A DNA stretch of 64,000 nt from Cycas panzhihuaensis (lineage: Eukaryota; Plantae; Cycadophyta), in contig CM041465.1 in NCBI GenBank assembly GCA_023213395.1, positions 225,005,741 to 225,069,740 of the forward strand, in the 5' to 3' direction. Positions 50,018 through 64,000 of this stretch are shown here, in pieces (position 1 is the first letter of the stretch; each line of letters starts with the position of its first letter). The position numbers were made by a program, and so were the translations under genes. The notes beneath the pieces are model-generated. The model had not been told where the DNA came from. It ran no database searches and saw only the letters and a program-made list of their open reading frames with translations.

Positions 50018-52874
50018 AAACAAAGTTATCAACTTGCAATTTCAATTTAGATTTATACTGAAAAATTATGTATTATTATTAGCATGTATCATTTTATAAT
50101 CAATTAACAAATAATATTTAAACACTAACATAATTTCATAGCTTAATTAGTTGATCCAGTATCAACTTGTGTTTCTACATTTTAAGAATAGGGTAATAAG
50201 GTTTCAACAATCATTTAATTAAACTATAACCAATCTTATGAACTTAACTTTGTGACTTAATTATTTCCTATGTAGTGATCAATTGAACATAATCTTCAAC
50301 CAACAATTTCAATAAATCAAAGTTGTGTTTTTAATAGAAAAATGAGTGCTCTTATTGATGTAATGTTATTTTGTGTTTGCCCAGTTCAAGAATAACACAA
50401 ATAATTTTCAACAATTGTCCAACTAAGACTATAACGAATCTTATTAAATCAATTTTGTTATTCAATTGTGTCCTTACCATTTGCAAATTTTACTTGTGAA
50501 GGGCAACAATGCAATCAAATAAATTTCATTGTTTTTTCAAATTTCTTCTCTACTATAAACTATGATCAAAATCAAAGCTTAAAATATTAACCAATTTAAC
50601 TTATGAAAGATAACCTTAAAATGTTGAAGAAACTTCTGAATTATTACAAATATAAAAGAAATTCTCTAAGGTTTTAAGCCTTGGCAAATTCAACAAATAA
50701 GATTCTCCAATTTTCAATTAAAGCACTTATCTCACACTCCTAATTATTAAACTAGAAGTCTAAAGATGTTGGGCATCTAAATTTTAACATCCACAAATGC
50801 ATCTATGAATTTGCATTAAATTTAAAATCAATAATCCCATCATTTATATTAAAGTTAATTTATAGTATAATTCAATTACGACAAAATAATCTTGCTAGCA
50901 AGAATTAATCAATGACACCAAATATAAAAAACCCACAATTTCTCTAGAGGGGTATATAAGTTGCAATGAAACCAAAATCATCCAAATATAATTACCTTCA
51001 CTATCATTACATTTGAAATGAATTAAATAAGGACAATTGAGTGCACCTAGTATTTGCCACAAAAGAAAGAACATAACTATAGAGTAAAGATAATTGAATG
51101 TAAAGAGACAATTATTAATTGTTAGAACTAGGTCCATATATAAAGAAAAATATTTTGAATATAAAAGAAGGTAATAAAAAAATGTCACCAAATAATTTAA
51201 AATAGTGTTGCTTTGATTTCAGAGAGGCAATCTTCATGGCCATAACCTTCCTAGTGATCTTGTAGTTAGAGTGCTTATGCTTATTTACATTTAGGATGGA
51301 GTTCTTTAGTTCAAGTTGGCCAATCTCCTATACTATCTCTCTATTGATCAAGTGTATAGTGGGGCCTTACATGCCTTTATTGATTATGGGATTCATCATA
51401 AATTTTCTCTCCTTGAAATGATTTGACATCAAGACATAATAATCTTCAATGTTCTTATAAAGATGTTTAAAATTCCCAACTTATATCTTCCTTTAGTAAA
51501 TTCTTCAAAATTTCATGGTCTTCCTTTACAAAATGGTTCTCCATTCCCATGTCACTCTCTCTTCTTCATTTAATATGGAAAGTTTAATTTGTTGACCTAG
51601 TTGCTTCCTCAATCATAACACACGAAAGACGTATATTTGACTTTGGTTGGGTTTGTTTGATAGATATGCCACCTAATATATAATATCTAGTGCTCACTTC
51701 CATTTTGTCGTGTCCTTAGAGAAAGTTGCTTATATGGAAAAAGTGAGATGTATATTCAATGACCTATCTCAAACTCTTTTTCTAAGTAATGTTAGTTTGC
51801 TTGTTTCATTCTATTTTATGCCATAAACAAGTGTTCCTTGACCACTGTAATGGATTTTTCTATGAGTTGCAGATAGTATTCCTTTGTTAGTACTTTGGTT
51901 TCTATGTTGAGGTAGTCTTTGCGGGGTTGGTAGTATAGTTGTAAAGTGTTATGAATAGAATTATATTTGTTGTTGTGCAGTTAGTGGTGTTGTATTGTTA
52001 TTCGATGAAGTATAATTATCTATGTTGTTGATGTTGTTTATTTGTATCAAAACATCTCAAGTATTGTTCAATACACTCGTTAACCACTTTTATCTACCCA
52101 TTTATATAAGGGCAAAAGGTGATACTTGATGCTAGTATTATTCCTTGGTGGAGAAACTCCTGTAAAAAAATTATTGATAATTGTTGGATCTTTATCATGA
52201 ATCAACATGGATCTTTATCATGAATCATCACTCCTAGGAAGCTATTGAGACAACATATTTCCTTCAAAAATACTTTCTATTTGATTTCATTTTAAGGTGT
52301 TTATTTATTTGTTTATTATTATTATTATTATTATTTTCCTTTAATAGTGAAACAAGCACACTTAGCAAGTTCATTTATAGCTATGAAAATACACTTCAAA
52401 TAGACGTAGCCCAATGAATAAATTCATCGAGATTTCTCCCCATATTTGTTTTGGAATATGAAATTGAAGTAATATATAACTACATGCATTTTTTAATCTC
52501 TAAGTTTGATCTATATTGAATTGCATAATAAATTTCTAAATATTCGTATTTATCTCCTGAATAAATCTATTATTGGACCTTTGTATATGATTTAAGAAGT
52601 CTGGTATGATTTGAAATATGCATTAAGTATCCTACTTGCAATACATGCTTTTTGAATTTGGATGTAAATACCAAATATATTACTCTTTCATGTCATGACA
52701 TATATCCTTTTCACTTAAAATATTTTCTTTATGGTTATGGACTTATGGTAGGCTCTAAATACGCTTGATTGTTTTTGTACTTTTAATAATTGTAATTTTA
52801 ATGTACTTTTCTTGTATCCATGAGATAGATATAAAGATGATTATTGATATAAAATATAGGGTTGTTTCTTCAAC

Positions 52875-55800
52875 TAAAGCGACTCTAAATTGAATATACT
52901 TTCTCAAACACAAAAGAAATCTTAAATGAAAGTTGAAATGAAACTCCTAAAATTTAAATAGTCAAGAAACTCCAAATGAACTAACTCACAAAACATGATT
53001 TATAAATGAATAATATTTCTCTATTTATAGGTATCAAAATTGATCACCTTTCGAAAACCAACTTCTTAATAATAATAAATTGACTTTTAATAATAATAAT
53101 AAGACACCTACTCCCTAATAATAATAAAACCAACTTTTGGCAATTAAAATTATTAATTTCATATTTGTGATTGGTCATAATTATATTAGATCACAATAAG
53201 TCCCACTCCATAAAGAACTCATTTTACCCACAAAGTGTTGGTAAAGATAAGTGACCTTGGATGAATTGTTTATTTTCCTAAGTTGCCTCTTATTACAATA
53301 GTCCTTTCCATTTGATCAAGTATTCTTGGATGTTTTGTGATATAAACTTGCACTGATAGATATTCATGATTCCTTTTGCCTTAACCATGAGTTTCCCTTT
53401 CTCATCTATTATTTGTAACTCTGTCATCACTCCCACATAATATCCCACTTTCCTTTTCAAATTAGAAACATGGAAGACATCATGGATCTTACTTCTTTGA
53501 GGAAGATCAAAAGCATAAGCCACTTCTCCAATCTTTCTTCAAACTTGGTATGGGCCATAAAATCATGGTGCAAGTTTATACTTGCCTTGTTGTTTGATAG
53601 AGGTTTATTTATACAATTGTAGTTTTACATTGACCCAATCTCCTATCTTAAACTATCTCTCAGTTTTTTTTTAATTTGCTTGTTGCTTCCTTCAATTTAT
53701 TGTAGTGTCATAGCATTGCTTGATCTCTAGTAAGATTTTCTTTAATTATGATAATAACTCTTCTACTATTGGAGTGTTTGTTGTATTTTAAATGTAATCC
53801 ATAAGCATTGAAGGTGGGTAGTCATATAGTGCTATAAAGGATGTTATCTTAATGGAGGAATGGTAATTGGTGTTACACCAATATTCAATTAAGTAAATCC
53901 ATCTTACCCATTTGGATTGCTCATCCCCTACATAATATTATGGATCTGTCTCCAAGCTCTTGTTGACCACTTCAGTCTAACCTTTAATTTAGGGATAGCA
54001 TGACATGCTCATGGCGAGCTTGGTCCCTACTAATTTGAATAAGTCTTTCCAAAAATGTCTTATCAATTTTGGATCCCTATTATTGATTATCTTCTTAGGG
54101 AATCCATATAACCTATAGATGTTCTCCATGAGTGTTTTGGCTATTTAGGATGACTAAATGGGAATGAAGTATACGTACTTTGTAAGTCGATCCACTACTA
54201 TAAATAAGGTATCTTTTATTTTAAAATTTGGGAATTCTATTATAAAATCCATAGATATTTCTTTCAATTTTTGTTTAGGATGATCGAGAAGTTGTAATAA
54301 CCTTGGAGTCCATATTGATTATGCCTTTTATCTTTTGCAAGTTCTGTATTAAGAAATAAACTTCTTTATATCTGCCTTCATTCCTCTTTAGTAGGATGGT
54401 CTCCTTATCTTTATATAGGTTTCAAGGATGCTTGCATGTCTAGCTATGGGAGATTCATGATGTTCTCTTAGGACTACTTTCTTGAATCAGGACTCTTAAG
54501 GCAAGTAGATACTATTTTTATAAAGTAGGGTGTTTTCCCTTTTTATCGAGGGAGTCTCTGCTATGTTCTCAATTTTTTTGTCCATAATAGTCTTGCCCTC
54601 CTTATCTTATAGGTTTTCTTGGTGTAAATCCTTAAGCCATATTAGTATAGTTATTGTGATAGCTAAACAACCAGTATCTACAAATTTCCTCGATAATACA
54701 TATGTTATAATATTGTCCCTCCCTCTTTTACATGAGATCTTGAAGTTGTAATCCTAGATTTTACTCACCCATTTTTGTTACTCCTTAGATAACTTTTGTT
54801 GTGTTAATAAATATTTTAAGCTATGGTGGTTTGTTCTAATAATAAATTTTGTTCGCAATAGGTATTGCCTCCATTTTACTAGGGCATGTAGAGTGGCTAA
54901 CATCTCTTTATTATATGTGCTCTTGGCCTTTCTACGTAAGTTTAACTTTCAACTTCCATATGCAATGGGTAGTCCTTTTATAACAAAGTCGTTCCTATAG
55001 CTACTGATGATACATTGTATTCCACAATAAATGGTTGAGAAAAATCTAGCATTGTAAGAACTAGGGTGCTTGTGATAACTACCTATAGTTTCTCAAAACT
55101 TATGTTAGTGTTCTCATTCCAATTAAAGTTATCTTTCTTAGTAAGATTTCTTAGAGGTCTAACTATATCAACATATCACTTAATAAATTTTTGATAATAT
55201 CTTATAATCCCTAGAAGTCCTCTAAACTTCGATATATTTTTAGGTATGGGATAATTGGGGATGGCTTGTATCTTTACAGGGTCGATTCTTATTTCCTCTT
55301 TTGAAATGATATGTATAAGGTATTTTAGGATTCTTCTAAAGTGGTATATAGACTTTACAAAAAAATTATTTATTCTAAAAACCTGGAATATTTGTTGGAT
55401 GTGCATCAAATGCTCTTATCATGTTTTACTATAAACAAGAATATCGTCAAAGAAAACCATGACAAACCTCCTTAACAAATATGCAAATACATGGTTCATA
55501 TTTACTTGAAATGTTGTTGGGGAATTAGTCAATGCGAATGATATTACCTTGAATTCATACAATCCTTTATGTGCTCAGAAGTTTGTCTATTGTATCTTGA
55601 GGTCAAGTTAATATCTGATAATATCTAGAGTGTAAATCAATTTTAGAAAAATATCTAGCTCTATACAACTCATTCGTAATGTCGTCCATGCATGGAATGG
55701 GGTATTTGTTTTTTAGTATTATCTTGTTTAGGGCTTTATAATCAATGCACATTAAAAGGACTTATCCTTTTTCTTGTTTAAGACTACAGGTGTTGTGTAA

Positions 55801-58609
55801 GGGCTCTTGCTTAGTAATATAGCACTAGAATCTAATAAAACCTGTGTGAGCCTCTTAATTGTTATCTTTTGCTTATGCTTGTAGCGATATGTATGGACGA
55901 TAATAGGCCCCTTCCTTAGTTCCAACTAAATAATATGCTCCATATTTTGGCTTAGCAATGGAGTCCTTGATAACTCTTGAAAGCTGTCCTCCTAATTATC
56001 TATGAGCTCATCTATTCCCTTCTCTTGTTATGGTGATAATTTGTTCTTAGGCCTCTCTATTTACATAAAGATAGCACTGAGATGAACCCAACATGCCTTT
56101 TGCAAAGTGTTTTCCCCATCTTTTTCACAAATATAACTTTTGATTTTAGGGCATTAATACCATCTAATTATTATTTTTTCCCTCCCAATTAAACCTGATA
56201 AAGTTTTTATCATGGTTTAGGACATAAGTCCCTATCATTTTTAACTATTCAACTCTCAAAACTATACCAAAATCCCTTATGTCGAAGGTATAATAATTGA
56301 AAAAAAAAATTATAATTTTTGATATGTAGTCATTGATGTTTGACCTTACTCTGGCATGTTAAGACCTAGTTTCTTAGAAGTGAGATCTTGAACTCATTTT
56401 TCTCTATATGTAGACTTAACCTTCTGGCCTTCTATATATCGATGAAATTATGGATATGACCTAAATCAACAAGAATGATCACCTTCTCTTTTCTATGATA
56501 TCTAAAGAGTTTGGTGGTATTAGGTATGTTATCCCTGACATGGATGCTAAGGAGACCAAGGGTTGACCATCATCCAACTCCTTTGATTAGTTTATTTCTT
56601 CCTCATCTTGATCTTCCTTTAGTCCTTGTTAATATTCTATTTCTTTATCTTCAATATCCACTTTTCACATTGTATAATTTCTTGTTGGCATACTTATGTC
56701 CCCTAACCTAGGGTTTCTTATAATTATTGCATATGCTAAGTGTTATTTCTTTAGCCCTTTCTATCTCTTTAGCCTTTTATATTACCCTTGTTAACTCATT
56801 TGTGTTGGAGCTAATATTTTGACATCTTCAGAATCCTTGGCTTCTTAGTCTCCTCAATTTATATTCTAATTGATAGAATGTTGTTTAAAATCCCCTTTGA
56901 GTATCTTAAAGCCAAGATTTGGTTTGTCTTGCTAATCTAATATCTACACTCAAGGTATTTAGGGTGAAACGATAAATGTCCTCGTAAATTATTCATGTAA
57001 TATGGGAGCACTTCCTCAGGAGTGATTCCATTTTGAAAACTCATCTATATATTGTTAGATAGATTGTCCATTTTGAAACAATGTGCCAATTGGACATTAT
57101 AGGGGTCACTCCAATTATCTTTTGTTTATTCTTTAAAGACTTTCATAAAATGTTTAGACTTGTGAGTGTTACCTCTCCTTTTCCATAACATAGCCCATAT
57201 GTACATAAATCCTTTAAGGTGGTTTATAGCAAAGTTGATTTAATTCTTGGTATCACTAATGCGTAGTGAGTCAATGCCATTTTATATTTTTGCCAGCCAT
57301 TTGTCTTCCACCATTCTGTGAGTAAGTTAGCATTTGGAGATTATAACAAAAAATTGGTTGTTAAGGGTCATCATTTCTCCTATATTCCTTTTGATCATCA
57401 TAGTATCTTTTACTCTTTTTTTTAATCCTCTTCTTTTCTATTATTGTTGCTAAGGTCTCCCAGGTCTTCTCCCTTTTTTAGGCCCTTAATGTGGGTTATA
57501 ATTTCTATCATCCAACTTAGATTAATTATATTATTATTAAACCTTTCCTAAGTATTAACCAACTCGCATTGTAATACATTTAGCCATTTACAAGTCCCTT
57601 CCATTTCCATTTAGAGTTCCATTTTAAATGATCAAAATTTTGAGTCCATTCTCTTTAGATATTCAACTATCCCAAGCTTTAAGTATCCTAAGTAAAGTTT
57701 CATGGTTCTTCTATATTTCTAAAATTTTCACCTCAATTTTTCATTAAAATGAATTATCTAATAGGTTAAAATATGGCCTCTAAATCAAGATTCTAAGGCT
57801 TTAGACAAGATCAAATTCTAATACATATAATAGAAGTTATGGCCCTTTTAAGGTGGGTCATAACTAAGGTTTATTGGGAATCACAGTAGTACCTCTTGCT
57901 AAAATACAAATAAGTTTTTACTTTGATATTCAATTGCTTTGAAACCACTTCTAATAAAAAGTAGATGCCGAGACACACAAAATTTAAAAAAAAAAAAAAA
58001 AAAAAAATTAAAGTTAATTAAATGCCTATAGTTAAAGTTATGAATATTTGAACTTATAATAGTAGGTTTGAAACTCTAATGATAGTGATTGACAGTAAGT
58101 CGAATCAAATTCCTTGAAATATTTACAATTTCACTCCAAAATCTATTGTATAACCACTCAAAATTTGTAAAACATGATTGGTCGACTTAAATTTACAATT
58201 TTTTTTTTTTATTCTTTTGTTTATACTCCTGAAAATGCATATCTTTGATAGGCCAAAGTGCGTGCTTTGATACCATTTAAATTATCATAAATTAGATTTA
58301 ATCTACTTTCCCCACTATAATAAATAAATAAAAACGAAAGTTGAAATAAAGCTCTTAAGAACCAAATAATTAAAAGACCCCTAATGAATTAACTTACAAA
58401 AGATGATTTACAAATAAATCATAATTCTCTATTTATAGACACCAAATTGATCACCTTCTTAAAACCAACTTTTTAATAGTAATAAAACAAACTTTCAATA
58501 ATAATAATAAGATACCTATTCTCTAATAATAATAAAGCTAACTTCTAATAATTAAAATTAATAATTTCACATTTGGACTTGGCTTCAATAATTGTATTAC
58601 ATCACAACA
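52875..58609 (-). mobile_element. Old full-length chromoviral Ty3/gypsy (~5.7 kb, ~330-bp LTRs)
   Basis: LTRs 52875-53198 and ~58278-58609 (strongly diverged), TSD TCAAC at 52870-52874 and 58610-58614, PBS TGGTATCAAAGC at 58264-58275. Motifs KIHDVFHVSNLK, IQEYLIKWKGL (chromodomain), FRGLLGIIRYYQKFIK and MVFFDDILVYSK. Confidence 0.88.
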
Positions 58610-58799
58610 TCAACATTCTAAAAAAGAAAACTTCAACAACATTTTATTTCCCTTTTTATATAGAAATTTGAAATCATAAACTTGGATTTTACTTAACCAG
58701 TTTTATTTTTCTAGGTTCAATTAGCATTAATTGAGATTTTTTGCATAGTTGGCATGGCCTATTCATATTTACAATTTACTACATAGTGGATATTATCCT

Positions 58800-60950
58800 T
58801 ATTTTATAAGTGTATGCTTGGTTGCAAACATATCCTTGTTATGTGTTGTCTTTAATTGATTCATGTTATTTAACCTCCTAATTTCAAAAGCTATTAGGTG
58901 GATTTCTTACATGGGGATTACTATAATGCTTGTTATAAATGTATCACACTTTACTATAAAAGGCTTGGTAGAGTTGTCAATGATCAATACTAGAGTTATG
59001 GTGATTGGTTGATCAATTTTTTGCAAGACTTCTTTTCTACTTTGATTATGTGCAAAAGAATCCTCCTTTAGCTTGTTTGTCAAAGCAAGTATTACACAAG
59101 CATGATCTCCTATATAATTTATACCTAATCTAGTTTTCGCTCTTGACCATACCTGTTATTTGCAATAATATGTTGTTCCATATGGTGAAAATACCTTTAG
59201 AATGACCTTAAGCACTAATGTTTATAGTGGATTAACTTCTATTACTCTAAGTTTGGTTGTAATTTACTAATTCCTCTTTAGACAACTTGGTCTCTTGAAG
59301 AAGTAGAACATAAGACTTCCACTCCTTAATCCATTTCTTTAGGATTCATTTTGTTGAGGATGAACCTGAACCTTTCACATTCCATGATATGATAATCATT
59401 TCCTTCCCTCATGGGATAGAGTTTTCCTAGTTTTAGTGACTTCTTAATTGTCATTCATATTCTCAATCTTTTGGTTGTCTAAGGTGAAGTTATCATTGTA
59501 TATGCGTAGTTGCTTTGGGCTCCTTTAGATGGACCCTTATAAAGGGTTTCCTTATTTGTTAGCTTGCCTTGCTTCCTCTTCTCAATATCGCCACAATCCA
59601 TATCAGTCTCATTAGTTGGCATCAACTCTATGCTTTTCCAAATCCTAGACAACCCTTATATTGTGTGCTTGGTGGTGATTTTACATTTTTGGTACAATAT
59701 CAATGTCTTGTGACATCAATTCTAAGTCTATTCCCTCATTGCTCCTCAAGTCATTATTAACTTGGAAAACTAAGGGTCTTATCAAAGGGCTCTCAAACAT
59801 ACATACTCAAAGGTTGGGAGAGACTATCTAGCCTACAATCATACTTCCAAAGGGAGGTGATCCATATGCTATCATCTCTTGTCCATTGGGACCTTAGGCA
59901 ACACCTTCCTCACAATCCCTAATAGGGATGTCCCTTGAGAAGTAATACATAATGTTGTTCTTAACTGATTCGTCATGTCACATGGGCTCCTCAGATACCT
60001 CCATTACATAATTTGTCACATGATGATCTTCACCTTCTTCACTATTAGATGATAAGACTTGAATCTTCTTGACAAAAGTATTGTTTTACCTATTTCTTTG
60101 TTGATAATAGAACTAGGTTTGGAATGACCTTTTATTTGGGCCCAAAAAAAATCATTGTTGTCACCATAATTTGGTACCGATCTTGATGTAACCTCGTTCT
60201 AGGGACATGCATGGGCAAAGTGCTCATATTGATGGAAAACACCACACTTGTAAGAAACCTGATCATAATAAAGATCCTAGAGTCAAGATTGCTTCTCCAA
60301 GATAATCTCAATTTACTCTAGTAAACCATCTGTTAAATCTACTTTAACACAAATCTGGGCAAAGGAGGTTACCTTCCACAACAAAGTGGCTTCTGTAGTT
60401 TGATGTATCACCCAAGAGTTACACCAACAACCATGAAGGATTTTTCACTCTAAAAGTGCAAAGGAAAAAATGGAAGCTTTACCCAAACTAGAATAGTATC
60501 AAGTATTTCTTGTCCCAAATCTAATAACAAATCTTGATACTTCATGAACAAACTGCTTCAAACAATAAACCATGGGCCCTTTTCAAAAATAATGTTCTTG
60601 TCATTGGCATCCTTCAAGATCACCACAAAAAAGTTTCTACCCAAATTACAAATTTCAAGCTCCTAAGAGATTAAAGGAACCCAATTACACTAGATTCATG
60701 AGTTCGAGCCCCTTGGCAAGAGATTAAAGGACTTGTAGATGAGACTGCCCACCATCAAAGATGTGTTATTTTCAAACAAGAAGCTTATGTTAAACACTAC
60801 GTGTAAGGGTTGTGCTCCTTTTGTTTCACACATGAACCCCATTTAAGGGTCCTCTCTTCCACCACCCTTCCATCAAAGAATATAACCTGAGAAGACATAA
60901 GATGTCAAGGAAGGGATCCACCCTTTAAAGAAGAGGATGAACCTGCAACA
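58800..60950 (-). mobile_element. L1-type LINE remnant: ORF1 (DUF4283-like and Zn knuckle) and start of the ORF2 endonuclease
   Basis: Minus strand: LGRNFFVVILKDANDKNIIFEKGPWF (~60565-60645), WVKLPFFPLHF, FAQICVKVDL, KCGVFHQYEHFAHACP; ORF2 start MIIISWNVKG at ~59399. Ends approximate. Confidence 0.8.
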
Positions 60951-61818
60951 ATCATGTGCATCAAATAGATGCTAGCAATCAACAACCAACTTCCCTACTA
61001 ACATCCCACCATTTTAGTAATCATGTATTACTTCTAAATGGTCATCTTATTTAGTGCATAGTAGCTATTCACATTTTAAAAGATCTATCTTTATTTGTAC
61101 AAGTATGACTAGTGTAATATATGGCTTTTATTAGGGATTCTTACATTAATCTCTAATAATTATTGTATTAGTTATATAATTTTTATTTTATGATAATTTG
61201 AGTGTTAATATGGTATGATATAGATAGGTTTTATTCTACTTTAAATTGAATGATGTGTTCCATACCTTATTTAAAGATATCCATGTTAGTAAGTCTTATA
61301 ATACTTTGTATCATGTCCACATCTAAATGCATTTTTATTTAATAGATTGGTCTTGAGGAGTTACATTCATGGCATATTGTCTTACTACTATTCCACAACA
61401 TCCCTATTTAATAATTTTCCCATAAGATATAAAGACATTAATTATGTTATCAACGATCAAAATCCTTGGACTTGATGTGCATTACCTTCTTGTTCATGTC
61501 TTATGAATTTTATATCTAACTGAAAGGCAAAGGTCCTAAGTGTTCATAATCATCAAGACCCTAATAAAATAATAGGGCCTCTACTAGGATAGCTTGGGCT
61601 TTATTTTAGATAGTGTGGTCATCCATAAATATATGAGTATTTTCATAATTTTTTATATAATTAATAGAGACTCCATTTGCTATTATGGCATAAAATCATT
61701 TCATTTGTATTATATGCAATTTCAATAGTCTTGCTTTATGTTTGTTAATAAAATTATAGATGCCATTTGAATTAATTAAAACTAGGACTAAATGATACTT
61801 ATGAAGAAAAAAGAGAGA

Positions 61819-62014
61819 TGGCATATAGACTAGTATTGCTATTGAAAAAGAAAGAGAATTAATTCTTTAGAGCGACATGGAGGCAACTACTTTGTTTCAC
61901 CCCTATTCATTCTTCATGCAACTAGTCTCTTTCTTAGTTAGTTGCATTTGCCAATCCCTCTTCTTTGGATAATAAATGAAAAGTATAATTCCACTCTTAA
62001 TCTAACTCATGCTT
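61819..62014. repeat. 196-bp direct repeat, copy 1
   Basis: ~96% identical to 62924-63119. Confidence 0.92.
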
Positions 62015-62923
62015 TGTTTGGGGTGGTATCTACATGTATGGATCCATACCCTATATCTAAAGAAGAAAAAGCTTAAATTGCATGCCCCCTCCTCTCATAG
62101 TGCATAGACAAGTGCAATAGTCTATAACTAAAAAACATTGAAAACTTTTGTTAATTTATATTATGTGATTAAAGAGATTATAAGCTAGACCTTCCTCTAA
62201 GTTTTTAGGTTAAAGCAAATGAGATTGATGGAGGTGGTTCGTTGGAGCTCTCTTCTAATTTATTTCTTGTTGTTACCTTCATTTCATTTATATTTCTTCT
62301 TCGACTACTTCATCATGTATTGTACTTTCTTGATTGCTTGAATGATGTTTGTTGGAAATAATGATTACAATTCATATTTTATTTTAGATTCGAGGCCTCT
62401 CATATATATTTTAATTTGTTGGGCATTCAATGATTAGTGATGCATGTATTAAGAGCTCTTAATATTCTAGATTATATTTCACTAATATTATTGTTTGTTC
62501 TAGTCTAATCGATAATGTAAAGAAGTTATACGTGAATGCTTGCCATCATATAATCATGGTTCTATTCTGACATCTTATTGATTGTCATGCATACTATAAA
62601 TATGTTGATACTTTTAAACATAGGGTTACAAAGGTGATTATCTCCATGTCATGTCTCAAATAGAGCCTAAAATATAGGTTCAATTTGCTTATCTAATTTT
62701 ATGATAATATTTCTCTTTACCTCCATTTATTTTTCTTATATTAAATTTGCCTTAATATATTCATATGAGAATTAGTAGTGATAGTTATCATTAGCTTCTA
62801 TTTTTGTTCTATGCTAATTTTGTTGTCTACATAATATGAACTTCTAATTGTAGGAAAAGACTCATGATTGTGGCATGATTTTATTGAATCTTGATTTTTA
62901 GAGGGGCTATGGGTGTATGATTG

Positions 62924-64000
<1,077 letters not shown>

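Noticed and set aside
51200-52200. Possible decayed gag or LTR remnant
   Set aside because: Only compositional hints; no definable ends or motifs.

Overview
AT-rich plant nuclear DNA that looks like a large-genome lineage (gymnosperm-like by inference; species not determinable). Positions 1-41.2 kb are almost entirely a nest of decayed LTR retrotransposons (Ty1/copia, chromoviral and Athila-like Ty3/gypsy) plus LINE fragments. LTR pairs, PBS/PPT and 5-bp TSDs resolve the main nest. A chromovirus (12060-14151 + 38509-39050) is split by a 24.4-kb copia (14152-38508, TSD GATAA). That copia contains an internal tandem duplication of its gag-tail/pol, a foreign solo LTR, a 3.1-kb non-autonomous LTR element and a 9.7-kb Athila-like element with an accessory ORF. 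The only host coding sequence I can support is the terminal exon of a PARP2-type poly(ADP-ribose) polymerase (44105-44197, +). No upstream exon is visible, so everything upstream may be one intron of >44 kb. Downstream are a tRNA-derived SINE with a TSD, an old full-length chromovirus (52875-58609), an L1 LINE remnant and a long TA/TG microsatellite. I see no convincing new multi-gene system. The most novel-looking items are retroelement architectures and an uncharacterised accessory ORF family. All identities are estimates made by eye.
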